A stretch of 64,000 nt of DNA, from the NCBI GenBank assembly GCA_963676565.1, contig OY781089.1:832001-896000 (forward strand), written 5' to 3'. The notes beneath the pieces are model-generated. The model was given only the letters and a program-made list of their open reading frames with translations. It made no database searches and was not told where the DNA came from. Of the stretch, positions 29,383-40,177 are shown piece by piece. How positions within the stretch are numbered: position 1 is the stretch's first letter; each line of letters begins with the position of its first letter. The stretch is from Halarcobacter sp. (GTDB taxonomy: Bacteria > Campylobacterota > Campylobacteria > Campylobacterales > Arcobacteraceae). The position numbers were made by a program, and so were the translations under genes.

Positions 29383-30036
29383 TTATAGTTTTGTATGTTC
29401 TTTAATAAGTTTGACTGCATCAAGTGTGTTTTTAGCTATATAGGGTGTATGCTTCTTAAGAATTGATTCTTCTCCATAACCACATAAAACTCCTACACTT
29501 TTAATCCCTGCAGAGTTTGCAGCGATTAAATCAAGTTCAGTATCACCTACCATCCAAACATTTGAGCTTTTATCTATATTCATTAATTCTAGAGTTTTAT
29601 TTATTGGCTCAGGATGAGGTTTTGGGTTTTGAACATCTTCTCTACCTGTTAAATATTCAAAATAATGCATAACTTCCATATGCTCTAAGAGTTCTTTTGA
29701 GTAAGAACCTGTTTTTGTTGTAACCACTGAAAGTCTCGCAAAGGTACTTGCAAATTGTAAACTCTCTTTTGCATTTTCTAAAAGTTCAGTCTGTTGTTTT
29801 GAAATCACCTTATATCTTTTTTTATAAGTATCAACAAAGTCCCAAACAAAATTTTCTTTAATACCAAGTTCTAAATACATAATATCAAGGGGGTAACCAA
29901 TTAAAGATTTGATATCTTCATCAGTCCCTTTAAAATCGTAGTTCATCTGTTTAAATGAGTGTTGAAAAGTTGATAAAATGGCATCCGTTGAATCAATTAG
30001 GGTACCATCTAAATCAAATAATATAATATTCTTCAA
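29383..30036 (-). CDS. HAD-family hydrolase (phosphoglycolate phosphatase-like)
   Basis: FDLDGTLIDS, KPHPEP, MVGDTELD; TTG start with AAGG RBS. Confidence 0.9.
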   Translation of the reverse strand: MKNIILFDLDGTLIDSTDAILSTFQHSFKQMNYDFKGTDEDIKSLIGYPLDIMYLELGIKENFVWDFVDTYKKRYKVISKQQTELLENAKESLQFASTFARLSVVTTKTGSYSKELLEHMEVMHYFEYLTGREDVQNPKPHPEPINKTLELMNIDKSSNVWMVGDTELDLIAANSAGIKSVGVLCGYGEESILKKHTPYIAKNTLDAVKLIKEHTKL

Positions 30037-30074
30037 AATTTACCTTTAAATTTAATAGAAAATATTATAGTGTT

Positions 30075-31574
30075 TTAGGGTTTAATCCAATCTTTTTGGT
30101 TATGCATTATCCCTATAACAGAGGGCTCTATATTTTTTATTTGTGAGTTAACAACGGAGATAGAATTTGGAATATATAAAAATAAATATGGTAAATCGTC
30201 TGCGATAGTAGAATAAATCTCTTTATATATTTTTGCAAACTTCTCTCTATTTACTGTACCAGCACCTTTATCGATAAGAGCATCAATTTTTTTATTTCTA
30301 TACCCAACTAGGTTAAATCTACCTAGTTTATCAGAATTACTATGCCATAGGGCATATGCATCGGGCATCAGTGTAGTATTCCATCCAAGTAAAATCGCTT
30401 CAAATTTTCTAGGGGTTACAATTGTATTTAAAAATGCTTGCCATTCCATAACTCTAATATTCATATTAATATTAGCTTTTTTTAATTGGTATTGAAGTAT
30501 TTGAGCTGCATTTGCTCTAATTGGATTTCCTGTGTTTGTTATAACTTCAAAACTAAAAGGGTTATTTTCATCATAACCTAACTCTTTTAGTAGTTTTTTT
30601 GCCTTTTTTAAATCATATCTATAGGGTTTAAACTTTTCATCAAATACAAAAGAAGAGGGAGCAAATGGACCATCACATATCTCTCCATGTCCAAAATATA
30701 AAATATCAATCATCTCTTTTCTATTTGTTGCATATGCTATTGCTTGTCTTAATTTTTTATTTTGAAATTTTTTATCTCTTAAATTAAATCCAAGATAAGA
30801 GTATGCAAGGGAAGGTTGTTCTATGATTTTAAAATTCTTTTTAAACTTCTCATTTATTTGTCTTTCATATTGTAAGGGAGTTAAGCCACCTACATCTAGT
30901 TTTCTTTGTTTTAAAAATAAAAAAGAGGTATTAGTATCAGGAATAAATTTATATAGTATTTTATCAATTTTAGGACGTCCCTCAAAATAATCATCATTAG
31001 CAACAAGTTCAATATCTGCATTATTTTTAAACTCTTTTAATTTGTATGGACCTGTCCCTATTGGTTTTTTATTAAATTTTGAAGTCATAAGGTTTTTTTC
31101 ATCTTTTAAGATATGTTCAGGTAGAAGACTAACCATCCAAGTAACCAAGGCTTTAAAATATGGTTTTTTAAATATTATTTCTACTGTGTATTTATCTAAA
31201 GCTTTAACACTTTCTACCTCATTAAAGTTTGACCTAAAGCTAACATATACTTTTGGGTCAATAATCTTTTCATAGGTGAAGATTACATCTTTTGAAGTTA
31301 CTTCAACTCCATCATGCCAAAGCACACCTTTTTTTATTTTTATTATTAGTTTTGTAGGTGTTTCAAATTTATATGAACTAGCTAAATCAACTGTTGGATT
31401 TCCATCTTTGTCATACTTAAGAAGTCCATTAAAAATCCATTGACTAATTTGTGAACTTGCACTATCACTTGATAAAATAGGATTTATTCTACTTGGACTT
31501 GAACCCATACTTAGGTTTAAAGTCGAAGATAGTAAAACATTAAAAAAAAGGCTAAATAGTAAAAGAAATTTCAT
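30075..31574 (-). CDS. ABC transporter family 5 (peptide/nickel) substrate-binding protein
   Basis: Signal peptide, WHDGVEVTSKDVIFT, PIGTGPYKL, LRQAIAYA, DLPYLFLY. Confidence 0.9.
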   Translation of the reverse strand: MKFLLLFSLFFNVLLSSTLNLSMGSSPSRINPILSSDSASSQISQWIFNGLLKYDKDGNPTVDLASSYKFETPTKLIIKIKKGVLWHDGVEVTSKDVIFTYEKIIDPKVYVSFRSNFNEVESVKALDKYTVEIIFKKPYFKALVTWMVSLLPEHILKDEKNLMTSKFNKKPIGTGPYKLKEFKNNADIELVANDDYFEGRPKIDKILYKFIPDTNTSFLFLKQRKLDVGGLTPLQYERQINEKFKKNFKIIEQPSLAYSYLGFNLRDKKFQNKKLRQAIAYATNRKEMIDILYFGHGEICDGPFAPSSFVFDEKFKPYRYDLKKAKKLLKELGYDENNPFSFEVITNTGNPIRANAAQILQYQLKKANINMNIRVMEWQAFLNTIVTPRKFEAILLGWNTTLMPDAYALWHSNSDKLGRFNLVGYRNKKIDALIDKGAGTVNREKFAKIYKEIYSTIADDLPYLFLYIPNSISVVNSQIKNIEPSVIGIMHNQKDWIKP

Positions 31575-31609
31575 GGAATAATTTTAGTGGTTTTTTAATA
31601 AAAAACACT

Positions 31610-34354
31610 TCAAATTGGAAGTATAATTTTGAAACAAGCTCCTTTATATAATTTATTATTATGGGTAAACTCTTCATTTGAAACAATTATTTTACCTTTA
31701 AAATGTTTTGTAATAATTTGATTTGTCATATAAAGACCGATTCCCGTTCCCTGCGATTGGTGTTTTGTTGTAAAATATGGTTCAAATATTTTATCTATGA
31801 TTTTTTCTTCTATTCCAATTGCATTATCTTTAATTGTTAATATATAGGCGTCTCTTTCTTTAATTAAATTTATAAAAACTAGTTTTTCTTTTTTTCCACA
31901 ATTTTGATATGCATCCTTGGCATTATTTAAAATATTTAAGATTGCTTGAATAAATACATTTTCATTACAAACCATAGATGCATCTTCCATATTTATAATT
32001 GTTGTAATGTTATTGCTTTTATAAGAATCTTTTACTAAAGATAAGCTGGCTTCTAAAGAATTTTTTAAATTGATATTTGTTTTATTTTTTGTATCTTTTG
32101 CAAAAAAGTTCCTAAAGTCATCAATAGTACTTGAAAGATATTGTGCTTGATTGTTTATTGAATCCATTGTTTTATCAAAATCTTCATCATTAAAGACATT
32201 TAGTTCTTTTTTAAGTTTTGCTCCTGTTGCTAAAGTAGAGATTGCAGATAAAGGTTGTCTCCATTGGTGAGATATGTTCCCAAGCATCTCTCCCATTGAG
32301 GCTATCTTTGACTGTTGGTACATTATTTCTTGATTTCTAATTTGATTTGTAATATCTGTTAAGTAACCAATAAAATTAATGATTTCACCATCTGCATTTT
32401 TTTTAGTAACAGTATAATTTAAAACCCATTTTATTTCATTATTTCTTGTAATTATTCTATATGGTTCGAGTCTGAAATAATCTAAGTTTTTCTTAATTGC
32501 ATTATCAATCTCTTTTGAAACTCTTTTTTTATCATTTTCATAGATGCAATCTATATAGTTTATATCCTTTGAGATGAAGTTCTTAACCGAATATGATAAA
32601 AGTTTTTCTACACTTTTTGAAACATAATCAACACTCCATAATGAATCATTTCTCCAGTTAAATAGTACAGAATCTCCTTTATCGAATAAAGATAATAAAG
32701 TTTTTTGATTCGAACTTAAATCTTGTGCTAAAGTATTTAATTTTTTTAGCTCTTCCTCTCTTTTTTTTCTTTGCGTAATGTCAAAACCTATTCCTAAAAT
32801 CCCTATGATATTACCATCTTGATCTTTTATTGCTTGTTTTGATGTTTCAAGAAGATGTTTTTCTTTTGTTTCTTTATATTCAAGAAGTTCTTCATTTATA
32901 CTTATTTTTGAAGAAGACATAGCCTTCATATCATTTTCTCTAAAAAAATCTGCTAACTTTTTATCAACAAAATCATAATCTGTTTTGCCTATAATTTCTT
33001 CCTTTTTTGCACCAAAGAGTTTTTCAAACTCTTTATTACATGTTATATAAACTCCATTTTTATCCTTTAACCAGATTAATTGGGGAATGGCACTAATTAT
33101 ATTTTTATTTAGAATCTCACTATTTTTTAACTTAATTTCATATTGTTTTCTTAGTGATATATCTTTTATAGACCAGAGGATACCTTTATCTAAATCAGGA
33201 GGTGTATTATTATCAAGAGCTTTGCAACTAAGTTCGCACCATATATGTAAACCATCAATTTTTTTTAGTGGATAATCGCAAGTGAAAGTTTTTCCTTGTT
33301 CAATTATATTTAAATATTTTTCTCCAAATTCATGATAATGTTTTTCTGATATGTGTAGTTTTTTTGCTTTTAAACCTACCATTTCTTCTTGAGTCTGAAA
33401 GCCAAATATTTTTGCAGAAGTTCGATTAGATCTTATAAAAACTCGATCTTTTGACATATATGATAAAGCGACAGAAGAGTTTTCAAATATATTTTCTAGT
33501 TCTTCTTTTGATTCTTTCAATTCATTTATATTTTGATGTTTTTCAATTGCTATTGAAGTAATGTTTGCATATGAATTAATTAATTGAATTTCAAATTTAT
33601 TTGGAGTTTTTGGGACATTGTTATAGATAGCAAAAGTTCCTAGAACCTTTTTATTAGACGAAAATATAGGTTCAGACCAACATGATGCAAGGGTAGCCTT
33701 TTTTGCAAGTTCTTTATATGCAGCCCAATTTTCGTGTACACTTATATCTTCAACTATTACCCTTTTTCTATTAAAAGCAGCACTACCACAAGAGCCAATT
33801 TTATCACCAATCTTTACACCATGAATAGCCTCATTGTAAAATTTTGGTAAAGAGGGAGCCGCACCATTTAAAAGATGCTTTCCTTCTTTATCTAGTATTA
33901 AAATAGAACACTTTACATTTTCCATTCGGTTTTGTGCAAAGCTTACAATTTTATTTAGGGTTTTATCCAAAGATTTCTCAATTGCAATATATTCTAAAAG
34001 TTTTTCATTGTCTTCATAAAGTATATTCTTTTCTTGTTCTATTGTATTATCATCAATATAAACAAGAATTTCATCTTCATTAAAAAAAGTAAAAATTATC
34101 TTGTAATATTTAATACTTTTATTCGTTTGTATTTTTGATATTATCTTTTTATTTTCTTTTATTTGTTTTTTCTCAATTGAAAAAAAATCAAAAAAATTTA
34201 TATTTTTTGATATAAATTCTTTACTGAAATCTAAGCTTTTAAAAGAGGTGTTGTATTTTTTTATTTTTCCACTTTTAAAATCAATTAAAGCAATAGAATA
34301 GGGCATTAAATCAAATGCTGTAAAGTTATTTTTTTCTGTGATATTTTCAATCAT
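31610..34354 (-). CDS. Cytoplasmic PAS/GAF sensor histidine kinase (orphan)
   Basis: GAF (GSCGSAAF, CWSEPI), several PAS/PAC repeats, H-box ISHQWRQPL, N-box NILNNAKDA, FEPYFTTK, GTGIGLY; no TM. Start placed at ATG 34354 rather than TTG 34369. Confidence 0.9.
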   Translation of the reverse strand: MIENITEKNNFTAFDLMPYSIALIDFKSGKIKKYNTSFKSLDFSKEFISKNINFFDFFSIEKKQIKENKKIISKIQTNKSIKYYKIIFTFFNEDEILVYIDDNTIEQEKNILYEDNEKLLEYIAIEKSLDKTLNKIVSFAQNRMENVKCSILILDKEGKHLLNGAAPSLPKFYNEAIHGVKIGDKIGSCGSAAFNRKRVIVEDISVHENWAAYKELAKKATLASCWSEPIFSSNKKVLGTFAIYNNVPKTPNKFEIQLINSYANITSIAIEKHQNINELKESKEELENIFENSSVALSYMSKDRVFIRSNRTSAKIFGFQTQEEMVGLKAKKLHISEKHYHEFGEKYLNIIEQGKTFTCDYPLKKIDGLHIWCELSCKALDNNTPPDLDKGILWSIKDISLRKQYEIKLKNSEILNKNIISAIPQLIWLKDKNGVYITCNKEFEKLFGAKKEEIIGKTDYDFVDKKLADFFRENDMKAMSSSKISINEELLEYKETKEKHLLETSKQAIKDQDGNIIGILGIGFDITQRKKREEELKKLNTLAQDLSSNQKTLLSLFDKGDSVLFNWRNDSLWSVDYVSKSVEKLLSYSVKNFISKDINYIDCIYENDKKRVSKEIDNAIKKNLDYFRLEPYRIITRNNEIKWVLNYTVTKKNADGEIINFIGYLTDITNQIRNQEIMYQQSKIASMGEMLGNISHQWRQPLSAISTLATGAKLKKELNVFNDEDFDKTMDSINNQAQYLSSTIDDFRNFFAKDTKNKTNINLKNSLEASLSLVKDSYKSNNITTIINMEDASMVCNENVFIQAILNILNNAKDAYQNCGKKEKLVFINLIKERDAYILTIKDNAIGIEEKIIDKIFEPYFTTKHQSQGTGIGLYMTNQIITKHFKGKIIVSNEEFTHNNKLYKGACFKIILPI

Positions 34355-34463
34355 ATTGTAATTATACAAGAAAAAGTTGAATAAATAAATGGCATATATT
34401 GAATGTTATATATTTAAGTTAAAAATAAGAATAGTCTAGTGTGTACTAGATTTTTTAAGAAAT

Positions 34464-34493
34464 AAAAAAAGGAGCAACAATTGTTGCTCCTTT
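34464..34493 (-). terminator. Intrinsic terminator of rplM-rpsI
   Basis: aaaggagcaacaattgttgctccttt palindrome, with an A-run giving a U-tract on the minus strand. Confidence 0.8.
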
Positions 34494-34535
34494 GATAATC
34501 GTATATATTTGTATATAAAATTTTGAATTTGCAGA

Positions 34536-34925
34536 TTATCTTTTTGAGAACTGAGTTGATTTTCTCGCTTTTTTCTTTCCGTATTTTTTTCTTTCAACAG
34601 ATCTAGCATCTCTTGTTAGTAAACCATAAGGTTTTAATACAGCTCTAAATTGCTCATCATAAGCAACTAATGCTCTAGAAATACCATGTCTAACAGCGTC
34701 AGCTTGTGCAGAATATCCTCCACCTAAAGTTTGAACAACTACATTTACTGAAGTTTCTTGTTTAGCAACTTCAAGTGGCTGAGTAACTCTTTTTTTAACT
34801 GCTTCATGTCCACCTAACCATGCGTCTAAAGATAGACCATTGATTGTAAGTTGACCATTTCCATTTTCTAACCATACTTTAGCGATGGCAGATTTTCTTC
34901 TTCCTGTTGCATATACTTTTGCCAT
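34536..34925 (-). CDS. rpsI: 30S ribosomal protein S9
   Basis: [27 protein letters not shown]. Confidence 0.98.
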   Translation of the reverse strand: MAKVYATGRRKSAIAKVWLENGNGQLTINGLSLDAWLGGHEAVKKRVTQPLEVAKQETSVNVVVQTLGGGYSAQADAVRHGISRALVAYDEQFRAVLKPYGLLTRDARSVERKKYGKKKARKSTQFSKR

Positions 34926-34930
34926 TAGTC

Positions 34931-35350
34931 TTATCCTTTAATTTGCGCAGAGTGTGGGTGTTCTGAACCTGCGTATACTTTTAATTTTTTTAACATCTCT
35001 TTACCAAGTTTTGTTTTTGGTAACATTCCTCTAGTTGCTAATTTGAATAGTTTTTCAGGATTGTTTACTAGCATGTCAGACATTTTGTGTGTTTTAGTAC
35101 TTCCAAAGTATCCTGAGTGCGTAAAGTAATTTTTGTCTTCTAATTTAGCACCAGTAAATTTAGCTTTTGATGCATTGATAATTACTACAAAGTCTCCACA
35201 ATCTACGTGAGGAGTGAATGTAGGTTTGTGTTTACCTCTTAGAAGTGTAGCAACTTCAGTAATAATTCTACCAAATACTTTATCTGTTGCGTCAATTACT
35301 ACCCAATCTCTTTCGATTTCGTTGGCTTTAGCCATTTTAGTAAATTTCAT
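34931..35350 (-). CDS. rplM: 50S ribosomal protein L13
   Basis: [27 protein letters not shown]. Confidence 0.98.
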   Translation of the reverse strand: MKFTKMAKANEIERDWVVIDATDKVFGRIITEVATLLRGKHKPTFTPHVDCGDFVVIINASKAKFTGAKLEDKNYFTHSGYFGSTKTHKMSDMLVNNPEKLFKLATRGMLPKTKLGKEMLKKLKVYAGSEHPHSAQIKG

Positions 35351-35426
35351 CTATTTTCTCCGATTTTGTTAATGAGGTGGAATAATAGTGTAGTGATGCT
35401 TAATATTTACTTAAATTAAGTGTAAT

Positions 35427-36803
35427 TTAATATTTTATTATGAATTCTGAACCTTCAAGAGGTTTACTTTTAATTTCTAAGTCAAATTGGTGTAGTTTTA
35501 GTATAGATGTAACAATAAAAAGTCCTAATCCTAAAGAGTTGTTCCAACCATTTTCAGAGACTCTATAAAACTTTTGATTAATTTTATTTAAATCAGTTTC
35601 ATTGATACCAATACCTCTATCAATAACACTTATAGTAGAGTTTTCAATTTTGATTACCACTTCATCCTCTGAATATTTTAAAGCATTTTCAACAAGGTTA
35701 CTTAAAGCTAATGTGAAAAGGGTTTCATCTACATGAAGTTTTTTATCTTCTCCAATTATTGATATCTCTCTATCTTTATATTTTTCATTTAAATCAGAAA
35801 TAATCTCTTTAGCAATCTCTTTAATAGAACATTCAGTTGTTATAACTTGTTGTTTGCCTTCCTCAAGTTTTAGTGTTAGTCGCAATTTATCAATAATTTT
35901 TGACATTTTTACACCATTGTTTTGAATCTTTCTAAGAAATTTTTCTTTCATTGCTTTAGGTAATTCATCATCATTTAAAATAGTTTCAGTGTATCCTGAA
36001 ATAATTGCAATAGGGTTTTTAAATTCATGGGATAAAGCAGAGATAATCTCATCTTTTTGCCTATTGGCAATTTTTAGTTTTGCAGTTTGTTTAGCCTTTT
36101 GTTTCTCTCTTTTAGATAGTTTGCTAGCAACTTTATTTAAAAGTCTTGTTATTTTGTTAAATTCTTCAGAAAATTCAGATTGTATCTCTTTTGTTGGTTT
36201 TTTATTACTCATGTCAATTAAAAATTGTAAAATTGAATTTGTTTCATCTTTAATTTTAATACTTACAAAATAGGTGAAAATCAAAGCAACAATTATAAAA
36301 GCAGTAATAAAAGCAATAATTTGATAACTCAAAGAAGCAAAGTTTTCTTGTATCTTTTTTGTGTAATCTGCAAGTCTTATATAATATATATTATCATCAA
36401 TTGCAATCTTTTTTGCTACATATAAAAGTTCTTCATTTACTGTTGTAGAAAACCTAATGATTTTCCCATAACCATCATATTTTGCATGAATTATCTCAAA
36501 TCTTTTAGAGTGGTTTTCCATTATGCTTTTATCTTTATCGCTATCTGCAATAACAGTTCCATTTTCGTCAATAATTGTAATCCTGAGACCTGTTTTTGCT
36601 TTAAATGTTTTAACTATATAGTTTATATTATCTAAGGAGTGAATTGCAAATGAGATTGAATCTATATTTTGTGAAAGGTTCTTTTCAATTTGATCTAGAT
36701 AGATATTCTTTGACCAATAATAAGTGGTGGTACTTAAAATAAGAAGTAAAAAAATAAATATTATAAGGAAAGTTCTAAAAAAAAGTTGATGAAGTTTTAA
36801 CAA
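35427..36803 (-). CDS. phoR: Sensor histidine kinase, PhoR-like by context
   Basis: Two TMs, MENHSKRFEI periplasmic motif, SHEFKNP, NLVENALKYS, GLGLFIV; follows pst-phoU-RR. Confidence 0.75.
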   Translation of the reverse strand: MLKLHQLFFRTFLIIFIFLLLILSTTTYYWSKNIYLDQIEKNLSQNIDSISFAIHSLDNINYIVKTFKAKTGLRITIIDENGTVIADSDKDKSIMENHSKRFEIIHAKYDGYGKIIRFSTTVNEELLYVAKKIAIDDNIYYIRLADYTKKIQENFASLSYQIIAFITAFIIVALIFTYFVSIKIKDETNSILQFLIDMSNKKPTKEIQSEFSEEFNKITRLLNKVASKLSKREKQKAKQTAKLKIANRQKDEIISALSHEFKNPIAIISGYTETILNDDELPKAMKEKFLRKIQNNGVKMSKIIDKLRLTLKLEEGKQQVITTECSIKEIAKEIISDLNEKYKDREISIIGEDKKLHVDETLFTLALSNLVENALKYSEDEVVIKIENSTISVIDRGIGINETDLNKINQKFYRVSENGWNNSLGLGLFIVTSILKLHQFDLEIKSKPLEGSEFIIKY

Positions 36804-37471
36804 AATAGGTAACCTTCTCCTCTAACTGATTTAATATATTCTTTTTTATTTTCTGGGTCTATTTTAGCTTTTAATCTCTTAATTGCAACATTAACAGTTT
36901 TTAATTTCTTATCATATGAGTCTTCCCATACAGCTTCAAGTAGATGTTCTCTACTCATTAGAATATCTCTATTTTTTATAAATTCTAAAAGTAAATCGTG
37001 TTCAAGATGAGTTAGATCTACTTCATCTTGATCTATATAAAATTTCTTTTTTGCTGCTTTATAAACTATATCACGAACTTTTATTACATCTAAATCTTTA
37101 GTAGTTCTTCTAATAACTGCTTTAATTCTTGCAACTATCTCTTTTACATTGAAAGGTTTTGTAATATAATCATCAGCAAAAGATTCAAAACCTTCTAGAA
37201 TATCTTCATCTTTATCTTTTGCTGTTAGATATATTACTGGGGTTGTATAACCTTTCTTTTTTATATCATTTATGAAACTAGTACCATCAATTCCTGGAAG
37301 ATTTCTATCCATGATGATTAAATCTATGGTTTCTTCATCTAATACTTTTTCAAGTTTTTCATTTACACTTAAAAAGCCAATAGTCTCAAAGCCCTCCTTT
37401 TGTAAACTATATTCAAGAAGTTCTAAAATATCCTCTTCATCTTCCACTATTAGTATTAGTTTGTCATTCAT
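36797..37471 (-). CDS. phoB: OmpR-family response regulator, PhoB-like by context
   Basis: VEDEED, IMDRNLP, ADDYITKPF, winged-helix SVRGEGY. Confidence 0.78.
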   Translation of the reverse strand: MNDKLILIVEDEEDILELLEYSLQKEGFETIGFLSVNEKLEKVLDEETIDLIIMDRNLPGIDGTSFINDIKKKGYTTPVIYLTAKDKDEDILEGFESFADDYITKPFNVKEIVARIKAVIRRTTKDLDVIKVRDIVYKAAKKKFYIDQDEVDLTHLEHDLLLEFIKNRDILMSREHLLEAVWEDSYDKKLKTVNVAIKRLKAKIDPENKKEYIKSVRGEGYLFC

Positions 37472-37530
37472 CTTTTCTCTTTGTAAGTTGATATAGTATT
37501 TTATTGCATAAAACTTAAAAAAGAAATTTT

Positions 37531-38199
37531 TTAAGCTTGTTCAATTATACCACCAACTTCCGCAAAAACTAATAGATTAGATATTGATGCTGCTCTATCT
37601 GCAACTTTTTCTAATCTTCTTAAACTACTTAATACTTCAAAATAATCTTTTGAAAGTTCAATATTTTCAGATGCAAGTTTAAAGATGTTTTTCTCAACCA
37701 TTGCATATAAATCATCAGTTTTACTCTCTTCTACAGTGACATTTTTGTATCCAAGTTCAACCTCTTTGTCATTTTCTTCTTTTACTAAATTTACTGCAGT
37801 CTCAAGTGCATTATTTGATGCTTTTAATAATGGGATTGCATATTCTAAAATTGTATGTTGGTCTAACTCTTCATTAAATGATTTTTTAAATGTTTTAACA
37901 AATGACTTAGAGTTTGTTCCTGCTCTTAAAAGTTCATTTGTAACTTTTAAAAATGAAACCATCTCCCTTAAATCTCTTGCTTCTGGTGAATATAAAGCTA
38001 AAGTTTTAACAATTAAGTTATCAATTTCATTTGCTTTTATTGATAAAGACTTAATCGAAAGACTTACATCTTTTAACATAGATAAATCGTTTTCTTTTAA
38101 TGCAGATAAAGAGATTTTATTTGCATGAACAATCTCTTCTCCCATTGAATAGATTTCATTTTTTATTGTTTCAATATTTTCTTTGTATGGTTTTAACAT
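37531..38199 (-). CDS. phoU: Phosphate signalling protein PhoU
   Basis: PEARDLR and RLEKVADRA repeats; abuts pstB. Confidence 0.85.
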   Translation of the reverse strand: MLKPYKENIETIKNEIYSMGEEIVHANKISLSALKENDLSMLKDVSLSIKSLSIKANEIDNLIVKTLALYSPEARDLREMVSFLKVTNELLRAGTNSKSFVKTFKKSFNEELDQHTILEYAIPLLKASNNALETAVNLVKEENDKEVELGYKNVTVEESKTDDLYAMVEKNIFKLASENIELSKDYFEVLSSLRRLEKVADRAASISNLLVFAEVGGIIEQA

Positions 38200-38969
38200 T
38201 ACCCAAACCTTCCTGTAATATAATCTTCTGTTTTCTTATTAGATGGATTAACAAAAATTGTTTCTGTCTCATCATATTCAATTAGTTTCCCAAGGTGGAA
38301 AAATGCTGTATAATCAGCAACTCTAGCTGCTTGTTGCATATTATGTGTAACTGTAATAATTGTATATTTCTTTTTAAGTTCTAACATCAATGCTTCAATC
38401 TTTTCAGTTGAAATTGGATCAAGTGCAGAAGTTGGTTCATCCATTAAGATAACTTCTGGTTTAACTGCAATTGTTCTTGCAATACATAATCTTTGTTGCT
38501 GACCACCTGAAAGTGAAGTTCCAGGATCAGTTAATTTATTTTTAACCTCTTCCCAAAGTCCAGCATCCCTTAGTGATTTTTCTACTAATTCATCACAAGC
38601 TTTTCCTTTTTTTACTAATCCATGTTTTAAAGGAGCATAAGCTACATTGTCATATATAGATTTAGGGAATGGATTTGGTTGTTGAAATACCATACCAATC
38701 CTTTTTCTTACTGAAACTTCATCAACATCTTTATCATAAACATTTTTCTCGTCAATTATAACAGAACCGTCAATTTTTACAATTGAGATTAAGTCATTCA
38801 TTCTATTTAGACATCTTAAAAATGTAGATTTACCACATCCAGATGGTCCAATCAATGCTGTGATTTTATTCTCATATAATGGTACACTAATTCCATGAAG
38901 TGCGTGGTTTTCTCCATACCAAAGATTTAAATCTTTTACGTCTACTTTTACGTTATTATCTTTTGCCAT
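38199..38969 (-). CDS. pstB: Phosphate ABC transporter ATPase
   Basis: [52 protein letters not shown]; start at MAKDNN. Confidence 0.96.
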   Translation of the reverse strand: MAKDNNVKVDVKDLNLWYGENHALHGISVPLYENKITALIGPSGCGKSTFLRCLNRMNDLISIVKIDGSVIIDEKNVYDKDVDEVSVRKRIGMVFQQPNPFPKSIYDNVAYAPLKHGLVKKGKACDELVEKSLRDAGLWEEVKNKLTDPGTSLSGGQQQRLCIARTIAVKPEVILMDEPTSALDPISTEKIEALMLELKKKYTIITVTHNMQQAARVADYTAFFHLGKLIEYDETETIFVNPSNKKTEDYITGRFG

Positions 38970-38989
38970 TTTTATTTTTTCCTTAATTT

Positions 38990-40177
38990 TTACCATTTTA
39001 CTTCATATTTCTTTCTAAGATAAATTGCTAATGAATTTAGCGAAATTAAAATTGTTAACAACACCATAATACCTGCGGCTGTTTTTTCAATATACATTCT
39101 TTCAGGCATACCAGCCCATGTAAATAATTGTGCAGGCATAACTGTTGCAGCTTCAAAAATTGAACCTGGTGCATCAGGGATAAATGCAATCATACCAATA
39201 ATAATTAATGGTGCAGTTTCACCCATAGCTTGTGCTAAACCAATAATTGAACCTGTCAAAATTCCTGGGAAAGCTAAAGGTAATACATGGTCTCTTGTAA
39301 CTTCAATTTTTGTAAGTCCTAAACCATATCCTGCTTGTCTAATTGAATCAGGAACTGCTCTTAATGCTGCTCTTGAACTAACTATGATAATTGGTAAAGT
39401 CATAAGAGCTAATGTTAAACCACCAACTAAAGGTGAAGACCTTGGTAAACCAAATAGATTAATGAAAATAGCAAGACCAAGAAGACCAAATAGAATTGAT
39501 GGTATTGCTGCTAAGTTGTTAATGTTTACCTCAATAGTTTGGGTAAATTTATTGTCTTCTGCAAACTCTTCAAGATAAACTGCTGTCATAACTCCAATAG
39601 GAAAGGCAAATAACATTGTTATAATTAATGTTAGAATAGAACCAATAATCGCAGAGTTTAAACCAGCAAATTCAGGTGTTTTTGAATCTCCGTTTTTAAA
39701 GAAAATCTCATTAAATTTCAACTGGGCAGTTCCATCTTGTTTCATTTGGTCAATAAGTTTTTGATCTTTTGAATTAAGTTTATAGTAGTGACCTTTTAAA
39801 TATTGGTCAACATTATCATCCGCAATTACCCATGTTTTGATAGTTTTACCAATTAATTCAGGATTTTTTTCCATCTCCATTGGGATAGTTCTTAAAAATG
39901 ATCTTGAAACAACTCTTACATATTTTCTATCAACAGCTTTTCTATAATTTTTCTTTGTCACTTCTGAATAAGTTACATCAACTTGTAAATAAGCTTGTTG
40001 AAAAGCAGGAGAGCCTTTTGATATAATATCAAATAAAAAGAAAGCAAGAAATGCCATAGTAAAAACTAAAGAAGAGATAGTAAAAGTTTTGAATCTTTTT
40101 GAGCTTCTATGTCTTGCATTTAATGTAGGATCATAAAAAGGATTGTCTTTTTTATTTTTTTTATTTCTTTTAATCAT
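38990..40177 (-). CDS. pstA: Phosphate ABC transporter permease
   Basis: [22 protein letters not shown]. Confidence 0.94.
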   Translation of the reverse strand: MIKRNKKNKKDNPFYDPTLNARHRSSKRFKTFTISSLVFTMAFLAFFLFDIISKGSPAFQQAYLQVDVTYSEVTKKNYRKAVDRKYVRVVSRSFLRTIPMEMEKNPELIGKTIKTWVIADDNVDQYLKGHYYKLNSKDQKLIDQMKQDGTAQLKFNEIFFKNGDSKTPEFAGLNSAIIGSILTLIITMLFAFPIGVMTAVYLEEFAEDNKFTQTIEVNINNLAAIPSILFGLLGLAIFINLFGLPRSSPLVGGLTLALMTLPIIIVSSRAALRAVPDSIRQAGYGLGLTKIEVTRDHVLPLAFPGILTGSIIGLAQAMGETAPLIIIGMIAFIPDAPGSIFEAATVMPAQLFTWAGMPERMYIEKTAAGIMVLLTILISLNSLAIYLRKKYEVKW

